Source: Gemmiger formicilis (GTDB taxonomy: Bacteria; Bacillota_I; Bacilli_A; RFN20; CAG-826). Taken from it: a DNA stretch of 64,000 nucleotides. Below are positions 19,813-30,026 of the stretch, piece after piece. How positions within the stretch are numbered: position 1 is the first letter of the stretch; every line of letters starts with the position of its first letter. Where the stretch lies: contig CAVFXI010000015.1 of the NCBI GenBank assembly GCA_963626345.1, positions 12,485 through 76,484 of the forward strand. The letters run 5' to 3'. The position numbers and the translations under genes are program-made. The notes under the pieces were generated by a model. The model saw only the letters and a list, made by a program, of their open reading frames with translations, ran no database searches and had not been told where the DNA came from.

Positions 19813-20886
19813 TTACTTTTGCCCTGCTAATTTTTGTTGTTGATCAGCATAAATTAAGGCATCAATTAGTTCATCTAAATCGCCTTCAATAATTCTATCA
19901 AGTTTTTGAACAGTAAATCCAATTCTATGGTCGGTGACTCTATTTTGAGGGTAGTTATATGTTCTAATTTTTTCGTTTCTATCACCGGTTCCGATTTTAC
20001 TTCTATAACCAGCTTCAGTTGCAAGTTTCTTTTCTTCTTCTAATTGGGAAAGTTTACTAGCTAACATTTCCATACAAATTTCATGGTTTTGAATTTGAGA
20101 TTTCTCGGTTTGACACGAAACAACAACACCAGTTGGGATATGAGTAATTCTTACAGCTGATTCTGTTTTATTAACATTTTGGCCGCCAGCACCACTTGAT
20201 CTATATGTATCAACTCTTAAATCTTCGTTTCTAATTTCAACTCTTCCAACTTCAACTTTAGGCATAACAACAACAGTAGCAGTTGAAGTATGAATTCTAC
20301 CGCTTGCCTCAGTTTTTGGAACTCTTTGAACTCTATGAACCCCACTTTCATATTTAAGTCTTGAATATGCATTAGGTCCACTTACAACGAATTGAATATA
20401 CGAAAAACCGCCCGCCTCGCTAACAGAATCATCTATGACCTTTAATTTCCAACCTTGACTATCGCAATAGTGGCTATACATTCTAAATAAGTCACCAGCA
20501 AAAATATTTGCTTCATCGCCGCCAACAGCGCCTTTGACTTCAAAAATAATATCTTTACCATCATTTGGATCTTTTGGTAACAAAAGAATCTTTAATTCTT
20601 CTGTGATTTTTTCACATAATTCAGTATTGCTTTTTAGTTCCTCTTTACCCATTTCGCTTATTTCTGGATCTTTATCGTTAGACATAGTTAAAGCATCTTC
20701 TCTATTTTTATCCGCATATAAAAATTCATGAAATTTTTCAACAATAGGTTCTAATTCACTTCTTTCAATATTTAATTCTTTAAATCTTCTATTATCTCTT
20801 GTCACTTCTTCATTCATCAAAAGTTCATCAATCTCGTTTAAACGTTTCTCTGTAGTAACAAGACGTTCGTACATATTCTTTTCCAT
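19813..20886 (-). CDS. prfA: peptide chain release factor 1
   Basis: 357 aa; PxT-type RF1 domain and GGQ ([10 protein letters not shown]). Confidence 0.95.
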   Translation of the reverse strand: MEKNMYERLVTTEKRLNEIDELLMNEEVTRDNRRFKELNIERSELEPIVEKFHEFLYADKNREDALTMSNDKDPEISEMGKEELKSNTELCEKITEELKILLLPKDPNDGKDIIFEVKGAVGGDEANIFAGDLFRMYSHYCDSQGWKLKVIDDSVSEAGGFSYIQFVVSGPNAYSRLKYESGVHRVQRVPKTEASGRIHTSTATVVVMPKVEVGRVEIRNEDLRVDTYRSSGAGGQNVNKTESAVRITHIPTGVVVSCQTEKSQIQNHEICMEMLASKLSQLEEEKKLATEAGYRSKIGTGDRNEKIRTYNYPQNRVTDHRIGFTVQKLDRIIEGDLDELIDALIYADQQQKLAGQK

Positions 20887-20959
20887 AATTTTACACCCTC
20901 AAATCTTTAAAATTATATCAAATTAACAATGTTATTTAAAGCAATCTAATTGTTTAATG

Positions 20960-20994
20960 CCCACAACCTTTATGATATAATCATAAACGGGTTA
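20960..20994 (+). promoter_or_regulatory. candidate dnaX promoter with an extended -10 (TGaTATAAT)
   Basis: ctttaTGaTATAATcataaacgggttaaaaattATG: TG-N-TATAAT about 22 nt before the dnaX ATG, weak -35 TTTAAT at 17-nt spacing. Confidence 0.4.
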
Positions 20995-21000
20995 AAAATT

Positions 21001-22701
21001 ATGTCATACAAAGCTTTATACAATAAATATCGTAGTCAAACATTCGATGAATTAGTTGGACAACAAGCGATTGTTCAAACTTTAAAAAACGCTCTTGAAT
21101 TAAATAAAATATCACACGCTTACCTTTTTTGTGGTCCTCGTGGTACTGGTAAAACTAGCGTCGCAAGATTATTTGCAAAAGCATTAAATTGCGAAGAAGG
21201 AATTGGTCATCAATGCAATAAATGTGAAAATTGCAGGCAAATAAGTGATGGCGAACATCCAGATGTAATTGAAATAGATGCTGCTAGTAATTCAGGTGTC
21301 CAAGAAGTTAGGAACTTAATTGAAAAAGTTAAATATGCTCCAATTAAAGGAAGATACAAAGTTTATATTATTGATGAAGTTCATATGATGACTAGTAGCG
21401 CTTTTAATGCATTACTCAAAACATTAGAAGAACCACCAGAATATGTAGTTTTTATTCTTTGTACAACTGATCCTTATAAGTTATTGCCAACAATCATTTC
21501 ACGTTGCCAAAGATTCGAATTTAAAAAAATTAGCGATAATGATTTAAAGAAATTAATTGTAAGAGTTTTAACTTCTGAAAACATTAAAGCAGATTTAGAA
21601 ACTGTAAATTTAATCGTTGAATTAGCAAACGGAGGAGCTAGAGATTCTCTTTCAATGCTCGATCAATTAATAGCTTATTCAGGAAATGAAATTCATTTAG
21701 ATGATGTAAGAAGAGTTTTTGGTCTAACTAGTATGGATGAAAAACTTAATCTTTTAAAAATCATTTCAGAAAATAATACATTACAATTATTAAATATCTG
21801 TAGCGAATTCTTTAAAAGAAATGTCGATATATCAAGACTAACCGATGAACTTCTTCTTATCTTAAAAGATGCGCTTATCTATTCTAAGGTTCAATCAAAA
21901 AATCTTTTAGTGTTAATTGATGAAGATAAAGCAAAAGCAATTACATCTATATTTAGTGAGGCTCAATTATTCTCAATGATTGATTCATTGTTAAAGTGTC
22001 AAAATGAATTTAAAACTTCATCAAACCCATCATTCATTTTCCAAATTTATTTATTAAAAATGATCGATGTCACAAATGAACCAGTTTCAAAATCTGATAT
22101 TCAAGTATGCAATACCAACGATAACAAAGCGATTAATTCAAATGTCATACATGAAAAAGTTCAAAAGGCGGAAGTCAAACCAACTGTTGAACCAGAACCA
22201 AATTCAATTAAAGATTTGAATAATTTAAAACCTATTTTTGCTAAAGAACCAGAGCAAAAAAAGAAAGAAGAAAAATCACCAATTGCAATTAGTGGTGAAT
22301 CATATGAGATTGATAAAAATACTCTCATAAAAATAATGGTTCTAGGAAATAAATCCTTTAGAGAAGAGATTATGAAAAGATGGGATTATTTCGATTTATT
22401 TAAAAATGATTTAGAACTCGGTCCATTTGCAATGCTATTGAAAGATGGAACACCTTATGTTGTTACGCCAGATATTATGATTATAAGATTTAATTTTGAA
22501 AGCGAAGCAACAAGATGTAATGTTAAATCAAACCAAGATAAATTAGAAAAGGTTGTTGAAAAAATCGTTGGTAAAAAACTATTCATTTATGGAATCAATC
22601 GAAAAGTTTTAAATGATTTAACTCACGAATTCATAAATTTGAAACAGGTTAATAAATTGCCTAAACCTGAAGAAATAGGCGAAATTAAAATAGAAAGATA
22701 G
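21001..22701 (+). CDS. dnaX: DNA polymerase III subunit tau/gamma DnaX
   Basis: AAA+ clamp-loader motifs (GPRGTGKTS, DEVHM, SRC). Start at MSYKALY. The in-frame heptamer A_AAA_AAG at 22257..22263 is noted under findings. Confidence 0.9.
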   Translation: MSYKALYNKYRSQTFDELVGQQAIVQTLKNALELNKISHAYLFCGPRGTGKTSVARLFAKALNCEEGIGHQCNKCENCRQISDGEHPDVIEIDAASNSGVQEVRNLIEKVKYAPIKGRYKVYIIDEVHMMTSSAFNALLKTLEEPPEYVVFILCTTDPYKLLPTIISRCQRFEFKKISDNDLKKLIVRVLTSENIKADLETVNLIVELANGGARDSLSMLDQLIAYSGNEIHLDDVRRVFGLTSMDEKLNLLKIISENNTLQLLNICSEFFKRNVDISRLTDELLLILKDALIYSKVQSKNLLVLIDEDKAKAITSIFSEAQLFSMIDSLLKCQNEFKTSSNPSFIFQIYLLKMIDVTNEPVSKSDIQVCNTNDNKAINSNVIHEKVQKAEVKPTVEPEPNSIKDLNNLKPIFAKEPEQKKKEEKSPIAISGESYEIDKNTLIKIMVLGNKSFREEIMKRWDYFDLFKNDLELGPFAMLLKDGTPYVVTPDIMIIRFNFESEATRCNVKSNQDKLEKVVEKIVGKKLFIYGINRKVLNDLTHEFINLKQVNKLPKPEEIGEIKIER

Positions 22702-22712
22702 GAGAAAAAATT

Positions 22713-23018
22713 ATGAATATGCAACAAATGGTTCAAGCCATGCAAAAAACTCAAAGAGAATTTAATAAGGAATACGCAAAACTCGAAGCTAAAGAATTCA
22801 AGGCTAATGCTAATGGAGTTGTCGAAGTTGTTGTTATGGGTGATTTATCACTTAAAGCTGTCAACATTTTAGATGATTCAATTTTGTCAAAAGAAAATAA
22901 AGAAGAATTAAGCGATATGATTTGCCTTGCTTACAAAAAATGCCAAGAAGAAATTCAAAAAGAAAGTGATGCTATTTCAAACAAATTTAAACAAGGTGCT
23001 GGGGGAATGATGTTCTAA
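22713..23018 (+). CDS. ybaB: nucleoid-associated protein YbaB/EbfC
   Basis: 101 aa; conserved family placed between dnaX and recR. Confidence 0.85.
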   Translation: MNMQQMVQAMQKTQREFNKEYAKLEAKEFKANANGVVEVVVMGDLSLKAVNILDDSILSKENKEELSDMICLAYKKCQEEIQKESDAISNKFKQGAGGMMF

Positions 23019-23629
23019 TGAAAGAACTTCATTCTTTAAACAAACTTATTGATGCATTAAAATCATTCCCTTCAATTGGGAGTAAAACAGCCGAGAGAAT
23101 GGGCTATAGCATTCTCGATATGGATGATGATGAAGTTAACAATTTAATAGAATCTATCAATAGCGCAAAGCATGATATCCATCAATGCCCTATTTGTGGG
23201 TTACTAACTGAAGATGATGAATGTTATATATGCAAAGATACAAATAGAGATCACTCAGTTTGCATAGTTTTATCATACCCAAAAGATGTTATTAATTTTG
23301 AAAAATTAAATAGCTTTCATGGCGTTTATCATGTATTAAATGGTGTTATTTCATCATTGCATGGAGTTGGTCCTGAAGATTTGCGAATCAACGAATTAAT
23401 CGAAAGAATTAAAAAAGAAAATATTAAAGAAATTATTATTGCTACGAATCCAACATTAGAAGGTGAAACAACTGCTTTATATCTTGCAAGAATATTAAAA
23501 GATTATGATGTAAAAGTAACAAGACTTGCCTATGGTTTGCCAGCAGGAGGACAACTCGATTATGTGGATGAAGTCACAATTGAAAAAGCTTTAGATAATA
23601 GAACCAATTTAAAAAAGGAGGATAAATAA
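23018..23629 (+). CDS. recR: recombination protein RecR
   Basis: C4 zinc finger CPICG..CYIC followed by a Toprim domain; 203 aa. Confidence 0.9.
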   Translation: MKELHSLNKLIDALKSFPSIGSKTAERMGYSILDMDDDEVNNLIESINSAKHDIHQCPICGLLTEDDECYICKDTNRDHSVCIVLSYPKDVINFEKLNSFHGVYHVLNGVISSLHGVGPEDLRINELIERIKKENIKEIIIATNPTLEGETTALYLARILKDYDVKVTRLAYGLPAGGQLDYVDEVTIEKALDNRTNLKKEDK

Positions 23630-24250
23630 ATGTTTATTACATTTGAAGGCGTTGAAGGATGTGGAAAATCCTCCGTTTTAGCTAAAGTTTACGATGAACT
23701 CAAAAATGAAGGGTTTGATGTCATTCAAACTAGAGAACCAGGCGGTGTAAAAATTGCTGAAGAAATTAGAAAAGTTTTATTAGACAAAGAAAATACAATG
23801 ATGGACAAAAGAACAGAAGCCCTTCTTTTTGCTGCAAGTAGAAGACAGCACTTAATAGAAAAAGTATGGCCTGCTCTTAAAGAAAATAAAATCGTTCTTT
23901 GTGATAGATTTATTGATTCGTCACTAGCTTACCAAGGCGGAGGCGATGGAATTGGCGTAAATGAAGTCTTAAATGTTAATCTTTTTGCCACCGAAAACAC
24001 CTTCCCTGATTTAACAATTTTATTTGACATTGATCCAAGAGTAGGATTAGCAAGAATTAATAAAAATGCAAATCGCGAAGTAAATCGTTTAGATGTTAAA
24101 GAATTGAGTTTTTATGACACAATTCGTAACACATTCTTAGAACTTGCAAAAGAATATACAGATCGATTTGTTGTTATTGATGCAAGTATGGATTTTGATG
24201 CTGTTTATCAAATCGTTTTAAAAATTATTAAAGAAAAGATAAGAAAATGA
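23630..24250 (+). CDS. tmk: thymidylate kinase
   Basis: P-loop FEGVEGCGKSS, DRF motif (CDRFIDSS). Confidence 0.9.
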   Translation: MFITFEGVEGCGKSSVLAKVYDELKNEGFDVIQTREPGGVKIAEEIRKVLLDKENTMMDKRTEALLFAASRRQHLIEKVWPALKENKIVLCDRFIDSSLAYQGGGDGIGVNEVLNVNLFATENTFPDLTILFDIDPRVGLARINKNANREVNRLDVKELSFYDTIRNTFLELAKEYTDRFVVIDASMDFDAVYQIVLKIIKEKIRK

Positions 24251-25068
24251 ATTACGTTGAATATTTAGAAAAAGAGCAAACAACTGCTTACAAAATTTTC
24301 TATAATGCATTTAAAAATAATCAAGTTTTTCATGCATATCTTTTAAGTGGACAAGCAGGCACTCCACTACTTGAAATTTCTAAATTTTTAGCAAAATCAT
24401 TAATATGTAAAAACAAAAATCCTTTTGCTTGCAATTCATGTTCAGATTGTTTGCGTATTGATAATGAAATATATGGAGATTTAATAATAATTGACGGGAA
24501 AAAAGAACCAATCAAAAAAGAGTCAATACATAGAATTGAAGAAGAATTTTCAAAAACTTCATTAGAAAAGTCTGGAATTAAAATCTATATAATTAATTTA
24601 ATTGAAAATATGACATCTGATTCTGTAAGCGTTCTTTTAAAATTTTTAGAAGAACCTACAGAAAACACATATGCTTTTTTAACTACCGAGAATGAATTTA
24701 GAGTGCTGCCAACAATTCTTTCAAGAACTCAAATAGTTCATTTTAATTCAATAGATAAAAAAATATTGATTGAAGAAAGTCTTAAAAACGGAGTAAGCGA
24801 TATTGATGCCGAACTTCTTTCAAACTTCTATAATGATTCTTCTTCAATTAAAAGTGAATCAGAAAATGAAGATTATAAAGAAATTAAAAAACTTACTTTA
24901 GATATATTTTCTAATATAAAAAATAAAGAAGAATTAAGATTTTATTTTGAAAACAATATTGTTAAAAATAAAATTATTAAACAAAACATAAGGTTTTTCT
25001 TTAATGAATTAAACTATAATATCAATATTGATTTGTTATTAATTAATGTTTTGGATACTATATTTTAG
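24247..25068 (+). CDS. holB: DNA polymerase III delta prime subunit HolB
   Basis: AAA+ clamp-loader fold with a zinc module CNSCSDC and TILSRTQ; 4-nt overlap with tmk. Confidence 0.8.
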   Translation: MNYVEYLEKEQTTAYKIFYNAFKNNQVFHAYLLSGQAGTPLLEISKFLAKSLICKNKNPFACNSCSDCLRIDNEIYGDLIIIDGKKEPIKKESIHRIEEEFSKTSLEKSGIKIYIINLIENMTSDSVSVLLKFLEEPTENTYAFLTTENEFRVLPTILSRTQIVHFNSIDKKILIEESLKNGVSDIDAELLSNFYNDSSSIKSESENEDYKEIKKLTLDIFSNIKNKEELRFYFENNIVKNKIIKQNIRFFFNELNYNINIDLLLINVLDTIF

Positions 25069-25088
25069 AAGATAGAGGAATTTATTTT

Positions 25089-25886
25089 ATGGAATTAATA
25101 TATATTACAGTCGCGTTTATGAATACTAGAAAAAGCTATTTCTTTTCTACTACTGATCCAACAATTGTTCCTGGTGATAAAGTTTTAGTTGAAACTGTTG
25201 TTGGCAAAGAAATAGGAACTGTTTTAGCAACTAATATAACTGTTAATAATCACGAATTTACAAAAGAAATCAAACCAATTATTGCTAAAGCTACTGCTCA
25301 AGACTTGAAAATTGCTGAAGCAAATGCAAAATTAGCTTTAAAAGCTAATGTAATTTTTGAGACTTCAGTTAAAAATTTAGGCTTTGATATGCGCTTAATA
25401 TCTAGCGAATATACTTTTGATTGTTCAAAAATTTTATTTGTGTATGCAAGTGATGAAAGAATTGATTTTAGAGAATTATTAAAAATATTGGCTGCTGAAT
25501 TACATTGTAGAATAGAATTAAGGCAAATAAATTCTCGCGAGAGAGCACAACAAATAGGTGGAATTGGTGTTTGTGGATTGCAATTATGTTGCACTACATT
25601 CTTTAGAACATTTGATGGAATCTCATTAAATCGTGCTAAAAATCAAATGCTGGCCATTAATATTCCTAAGTTGAGCGGTCAATGCGGAAAACTTATGTGC
25701 TGCTTAAAATATGAAGATGATTTATATACCGAAGCAAAACAAAAATTCCCTAAATTAGGTTCAAAAGTTAAATATGAAGGTCAAGAATATAAACTTACTA
25801 GTTTTAATATTCTTACAAAAATTTGTAAAATAGAAAATGAAGATTCAATTGAATTTGTTCATTTAAAAGAAATTAAAGAGATATAA
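25089..25886 (+). CDS. yaaT: PSP1-domain protein YaaT/RicT (stage 0 sporulation protein homologue)
   Basis: PSP1 C-terminal region with Cys cluster CGLQLCCTTF...CGKLMCCLKYE. Confidence 0.8.
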   Translation: MELIYITVAFMNTRKSYFFSTTDPTIVPGDKVLVETVVGKEIGTVLATNITVNNHEFTKEIKPIIAKATAQDLKIAEANAKLALKANVIFETSVKNLGFDMRLISSEYTFDCSKILFVYASDERIDFRELLKILAAELHCRIELRQINSRERAQQIGGIGVCGLQLCCTTFFRTFDGISLNRAKNQMLAINIPKLSGQCGKLMCCLKYEDDLYTEAKQKFPKLGSKVKYEGQEYKLTSFNILTKICKIENEDSIEFVHLKEIKEI

Positions 25887-25887
25887 A

Positions 25888-26700
25888 ATGTCGGGAAAAT
25901 TATATTTAGTTCCTTCGCCAATTGGCAATATTGATGATGTTTCTCCTCGACAAAGAAATGTTCTTTCTAGTGTCGATTTTATTGCCTGTGAAGACACAAG
26001 AAATACTATGAAATTGCTCAATATTTTAAATATTAAGAAAAAATGTATTTCATGTCACGAACACAACGAATCAGTTTCTAGCAAAAATATTGTTGATCAT
26101 ATTATAGAAGGCGAAAATGTAGCTTATTTAAGTGACGCTGGTTATCCATGCATTAGTGATCCTGGCTATATTCTTGCTAAAAAATGTATTGAAAACGGGA
26201 TTAATGTAGTCCCTATTTCTGGGGCGAGTGCTTTTTTAAATGGCTTAGTTGGGAGCGGACTAGAAACAGACCATTTTCTTTTTTATGGTTTTTTGAGTAG
26301 CAAACACTCAGATAGAATTGAAGAAATTACAAAAATTAAAACACTTCCATATACAATAATTTTATATGAGGCACCTCATAGAATTAAAGAATGCATAAGT
26401 GATTTATATAGTATCATGGGTGAAAGAAATATCTGTATATGCAGAGAATTAACAAAAGTTCATGAAGAATTTATTAGAACTTCTTTAAAATCTTTCTTAG
26501 ATAAGCCAATTGAATTCAAAGGCGAAATGGTAGTTGTTTTAGAAAAGACACAAGAGAAAAAAGAAACAATTAATAATGAAGATATCATTAACAAAGTTGA
26601 TGAATTAATTAAAAATGGGTTAACTAAAAAAGACGCTATTACTAGCATCTCATTGTTATTAAACATCCCTAAAAATACAGTTAAAAAACTAGTTATGTAA
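25888..26700 (+). CDS. rsmI: 16S rRNA (cytidine1402-2'-O)-methyltransferase RsmI
   Basis: GKLYLVPSPIGN N-terminus and tetrapyrrole-methylase fold; conserved position after yaaT. Confidence 0.9.
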   Translation: MSGKLYLVPSPIGNIDDVSPRQRNVLSSVDFIACEDTRNTMKLLNILNIKKKCISCHEHNESVSSKNIVDHIIEGENVAYLSDAGYPCISDPGYILAKKCIENGINVVPISGASAFLNGLVGSGLETDHFLFYGFLSSKHSDRIEEITKIKTLPYTIILYEAPHRIKECISDLYSIMGERNICICRELTKVHEEFIRTSLKSFLDKPIEFKGEMVVVLEKTQEKKETINNEDIINKVDELIKNGLTKKDAITSISLLLNIPKNTVKKLVM

Positions 26701-27024
26701 TTAATTCTCTTGCTCTTCTTGAACAAGTCCAACCGAATCACTAACTGGCAATGCAAAAGCAATGCCTTGACCTTTTGTGTTTAAACCGCACTCTTTTCCT
26801 ATTGCAGTTAAAATCTTTTCTTTGTCAATATCTTTAACCAAGATTAAAACCATTTCTTTATCTGGTTTAATTACAACCCCATAAAACTTTTCAATTTCAT
26901 CATTGCCTGTTCCACGAGCGCCAATAACAGTGCCACCTCTAGCACCATTTTCTCTTGCTGCACCCATTACAAGATCACTGTATCCTTTATCAACTATACA
27001 ACAAATTAATACGTGTTTTTCCAT
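26701..27024 (-). CDS. PII-like (GlnB-fold) signal-transduction protein
   Basis: 107 aa; ferredoxin-like beta-alpha-beta fold with a T-loop-like GARGTGND. Last gene of the DUF1538 operon. Confidence 0.65.
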   Translation of the reverse strand: MEKHVLICCIVDKGYSDLVMGAARENGARGGTVIGARGTGNDEIEKFYGVVIKPDKEMVLILVKDIDKEKILTAIGKECGLNTKGQGIAFALPVSDSVGLVQEEQEN

Positions 27025-27026
27025 AA

Positions 27027-27461
27027 TTATTGTCTCCTATTTTGTCTTGTGTTGCTTAAAAATTTATAAGCAAATACACTAATCATCGAATCAACTGGAA
27101 CAGCAAATGCAATTCCTTTTGCGGCTCTTGAAACTTTAAATCTTTCTTTGCATACATCTAAATATTTATCAATTTCATCGGCTCTAACTAAACAAAGAAC
27201 AACATCTTTTTTATCTTCACCAATACCAAGAATGTGCTTTAAATCATCGGTTGCTGTTCCTTTTCCATAACTTAAGAATGCACAACTAGCACCAAGTTCT
27301 TTAAATTCGTTAACATAGTAATTTCCTTGATATTGATTCACAATTACAAATAAACATTTTAGAGGTTTTACAACGAACTCTTGATCGTAAGCTTTAGATG
27401 AGTTCACGGATGATTTTTCTTTCTTGGTTGCTATCTTTTCTTTAATAACCTTATTTTTCAT
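27027..27461 (-). CDS. PII-like (GlnB-fold) protein with a 40-aa basic N-terminal extension
   Basis: The core (KCLFVIVNQ..SYGKGTATDD..KGIAFAVPVD) parallels the neighbouring PII-like protein. 11-nt overlap with the DUF1538 gene. Confidence 0.6.
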   Translation of the reverse strand: MKNKVIKEKIATKKEKSSVNSSKAYDQEFVVKPLKCLFVIVNQYQGNYYVNEFKELGASCAFLSYGKGTATDDLKHILGIGEDKKDVVLCLVRADEIDKYLDVCKERFKVSRAAKGIAFAVPVDSMISVFAYKFLSNTRQNRRQ

Positions 27462-29004
27462 TCTCTACCTCCATATCAAAATGTATAACTTGTAAATCGT
27501 CAGGGGCAAGAATTTTCTTCCTTGCTTTCTTGTAAATCATATTAGTTCTTATAACAGCATATAATCCCATAAATTCAACCATAACAACAGGCATAACAGC
27601 AATCATTCCAATTACGCCAAAACCACTACTATCATTTTCAATTTGGCTTGCAACCCCCAAAACAAAAGGTAAAACAAATGATGAAGCCATAAGTCCACTA
27701 GCAACTTGACCAGCATCGAATGCAATTGCAGTAAATATATCAGGAATAATCCATGATAATAAGAAAATAAATAAATATAATGGGATAACTAAATAAAGCA
27801 AATTAATTGAATAAATTACTCTAACAATAGAAAGCACAATTGCACTAGAAACACCAATAGCTAATGCAATAAGCATTTTCTTTTTGGAAATGACACCATT
27901 TGAAATTTCCTCAACTTGTGTTGAAAGAATTTGAACACCAGGTTCAGCCATAACAATTGCTAAACCAAATAAAATAGCTAACACAAATAAGATTGGAACA
28001 TCGTTTGAATTCTTTCCTAAACCAACGCCAATGTTGTTGCTAACCGAAATAAATCCATAATTTGCGGCAGTTAAGAAAATAACAAGACCAACATAAGCAA
28101 ATGCATATCCTACAAGAATTTTTAATAATTCGTTCTTAGGAAGTTTAATTGCAATAGCTTGATAAACCATGAAAAATACAATGATTGGGAAGAAAGCAAT
28201 ACTAACTGATGTTAATGAACTAACAAGGGCATTAACAAGGGCATTCACTGAAATATCGCTTGAAAAAGTTGGTGCTTGAATATTTGGTTTTAATAAAAGA
28301 CCCAAAATCATAACACTGACAACTGGCCCCATAGAACACATTGCAGTAATACCAAATGAATCACTAGATGAATCTTTTCCACCATGAACACCAGCAATAC
28401 CAACACCAAACGCAATGAAAAATGGAACAGTAATTGGACCAGTAACAACGGCCCCGCTATCAAAGGAAAGATCTATAATAGCACCATCTTTATCGCCAAA
28501 TAGTGCTGCAATTCCAAAAACAATAAGATAGAAGAACATATACCACATCTTTAATGGTTTTTGGAAAACAATTCTTACAAACCCAAGAATAAAGAAAATT
28601 CCACAGCCAATACCAACGCATAATTTAAAAACAAATGGGTTTATCGAATTTTCTGGGATATAAGTCGCCAAAACACTTACATCTGGTTCAGCAATTGCAA
28701 TTAATGTTCCTAAAAGAAGCATTAAAACAAAAACCAAGATGATATTTTTTTGTTTGGCAAAACTTGCACCTAAGTATTTCCCTGTCTCGCCAAGGGCACT
28801 ATCTGCTCCTAAGCTAAACAAACCCATTCCAAACATTAAAGCAAGCGAAGATAAAACAAAAACAACATAAATATCTGTTGTTAAAAATGAATCATCAAAA
28901 TGATGAGTAAATAATTGAACAAAATATAAAATGCTAACTATAAGGACTATAGGAGCAACAGCAATAAATGCATCTAGAAATTTTTTAAGTAAAGATTTAA
29001 TCAT
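27451..29004 (-). CDS. DUF1538-family polytopic membrane protein (two internal repeats; putative transporter)
   Basis: 517 aa with about 12 TM segments in two similar halves. Co-operonic with the two PII-like genes. Confidence 0.7.
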   Translation of the reverse strand: MIKSLLKKFLDAFIAVAPIVLIVSILYFVQLFTHHFDDSFLTTDIYVVFVLSSLALMFGMGLFSLGADSALGETGKYLGASFAKQKNIILVFVLMLLLGTLIAIAEPDVSVLATYIPENSINPFVFKLCVGIGCGIFFILGFVRIVFQKPLKMWYMFFYLIVFGIAALFGDKDGAIIDLSFDSGAVVTGPITVPFFIAFGVGIAGVHGGKDSSSDSFGITAMCSMGPVVSVMILGLLLKPNIQAPTFSSDISVNALVNALVSSLTSVSIAFFPIIVFFMVYQAIAIKLPKNELLKILVGYAFAYVGLVIFLTAANYGFISVSNNIGVGLGKNSNDVPILFVLAILFGLAIVMAEPGVQILSTQVEEISNGVISKKKMLIALAIGVSSAIVLSIVRVIYSINLLYLVIPLYLFIFLLSWIIPDIFTAIAFDAGQVASGLMASSFVLPFVLGVASQIENDSSGFGVIGMIAVMPVVMVEFMGLYAVIRTNMIYKKARKKILAPDDLQVIHFDMEVENEK

Positions 29005-30026
29005 CGTGTTCCCTCCATTAATTTTAAAAATTCTTTTGGTGTTGGGGCATCGAACTTATAAATTTTTCCAGTTATCGGATGTTTAAATGATAGTTCGTAT
29101 GCATGCAAACATAACCGATTGATCGGGTTTTCTGGTTCTCCATATTTATCATCACCTAAAACATAGTGTCCAAGACTTCCAAGTGTTACACGAATTTGAT
29201 TCTTTCTTCCGGTTGAAATATTGACATCAAGCAAACTATATTTTTTGTTTTCTTTTAAAACTTTATAACTTGTAACAGCTCTATATGACCCTTGTCCACC
29301 ATGAGGAACAACATACATCATATCTAATTTATTTTTTCTTAAATAATTAACAATTGTTTTTTCTTTTTCTTCCATTTGCCCTTCAACAATTGCAAAATAT
29401 CCTCTTTTAATTACTAGATTATTCCAATCATCCATTAATAAATCACGAATTTTTTCATTCTTACAAAACATTAAAACTCCACTAGTTTCTTTATCGATTC
29501 TATGGACTAAATAAATTCTATTATGTTTATCAAATGATTGCATATAATCCATAACCATACGAACAGCTGTGCTATTCTTTTCTGTATCGCTTGGATTTGT
29601 CAATAATCCATAAGGTTTGTTAATCACTAAAAACTCATCATCTTCATAAATAATAGGAATATTTTTTCTTGATTTTGTTCTAATTGGATTTTTTGAAATA
29701 ATCAAAACATCTCCTTTTGATAGTTCAAAATCAAATTGCGAAACAGGAGCACCTTCAATTGAAACTACATGATGTGATAATAAAGCTTTAGCATTTGTTC
29801 TTGAAAAACCAAGATCATTAATTAAATAATCAAGTAATGTTGAGTTTCTTTTAACAATGTATTCTTTATAATCAATTCTTCTAACTTTAGTTGGTTTTTC
29901 TTCTTGCTTATTTGTATTTCTTAAATTCTTTTTATTTTCTTTTTTTGCATGTTTAAAAGACTTGTGTTGAATTCTGTTTTCTTCCTTGACTCTTTTTCTA
30001 ATGTTTTCCTTGTAATTCTTATTCAT
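29001..30026 (-). CDS. RluA-family 23S rRNA pseudouridine synthase (RluD-like) with a Lys-rich N-terminal extension
   Basis: S4 domain, catalytic motif HRIDKETSGVLMF, about 50-aa basic tail. 8-nt overlap with pyrG. Confidence 0.85.
   Translation of the reverse strand: MNKNYKENIRKRVKEENRIQHKSFKHAKKENKKNLRNTNKQEEKPTKVRRIDYKEYIVKRNSTLLDYLINDLGFSRTNAKALLSHHVVSIEGAPVSQFDFELSKGDVLIISKNPIRTKSRKNIPIIYEDDEFLVINKPYGLLTNPSDTEKNSTAVRMVMDYMQSFDKHNRIYLVHRIDKETSGVLMFCKNEKIRDLLMDDWNNLVIKRGYFAIVEGQMEEKEKTIVNYLRKNKLDMMYVVPHGGQGSYRAVTSYKVLKENKKYSLLDVNISTGRKNQIRVTLGSLGHYVLGDDKYGEPENPINRLCLHAYELSFKHPITGKIYKFDAPTPKEFLKLMEGTR

Noticed and set aside
20887-21000. Looked for an SRP RNA (scr/ffs) upstream of dnaX, as in Bacillus
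   Set aside because: The spacer is only 114 nt and AT-rich, without the conserved GC-rich domain IV helix. Only an extended -10 promoter is apparent
25886-25888. Absence of yabA between yaaT and rsmI (present in Bacillus)
   Set aside because: Gene order differences of this kind are common across Firmicutes, and yabA could be elsewhere or absent. Not informative from this window alone
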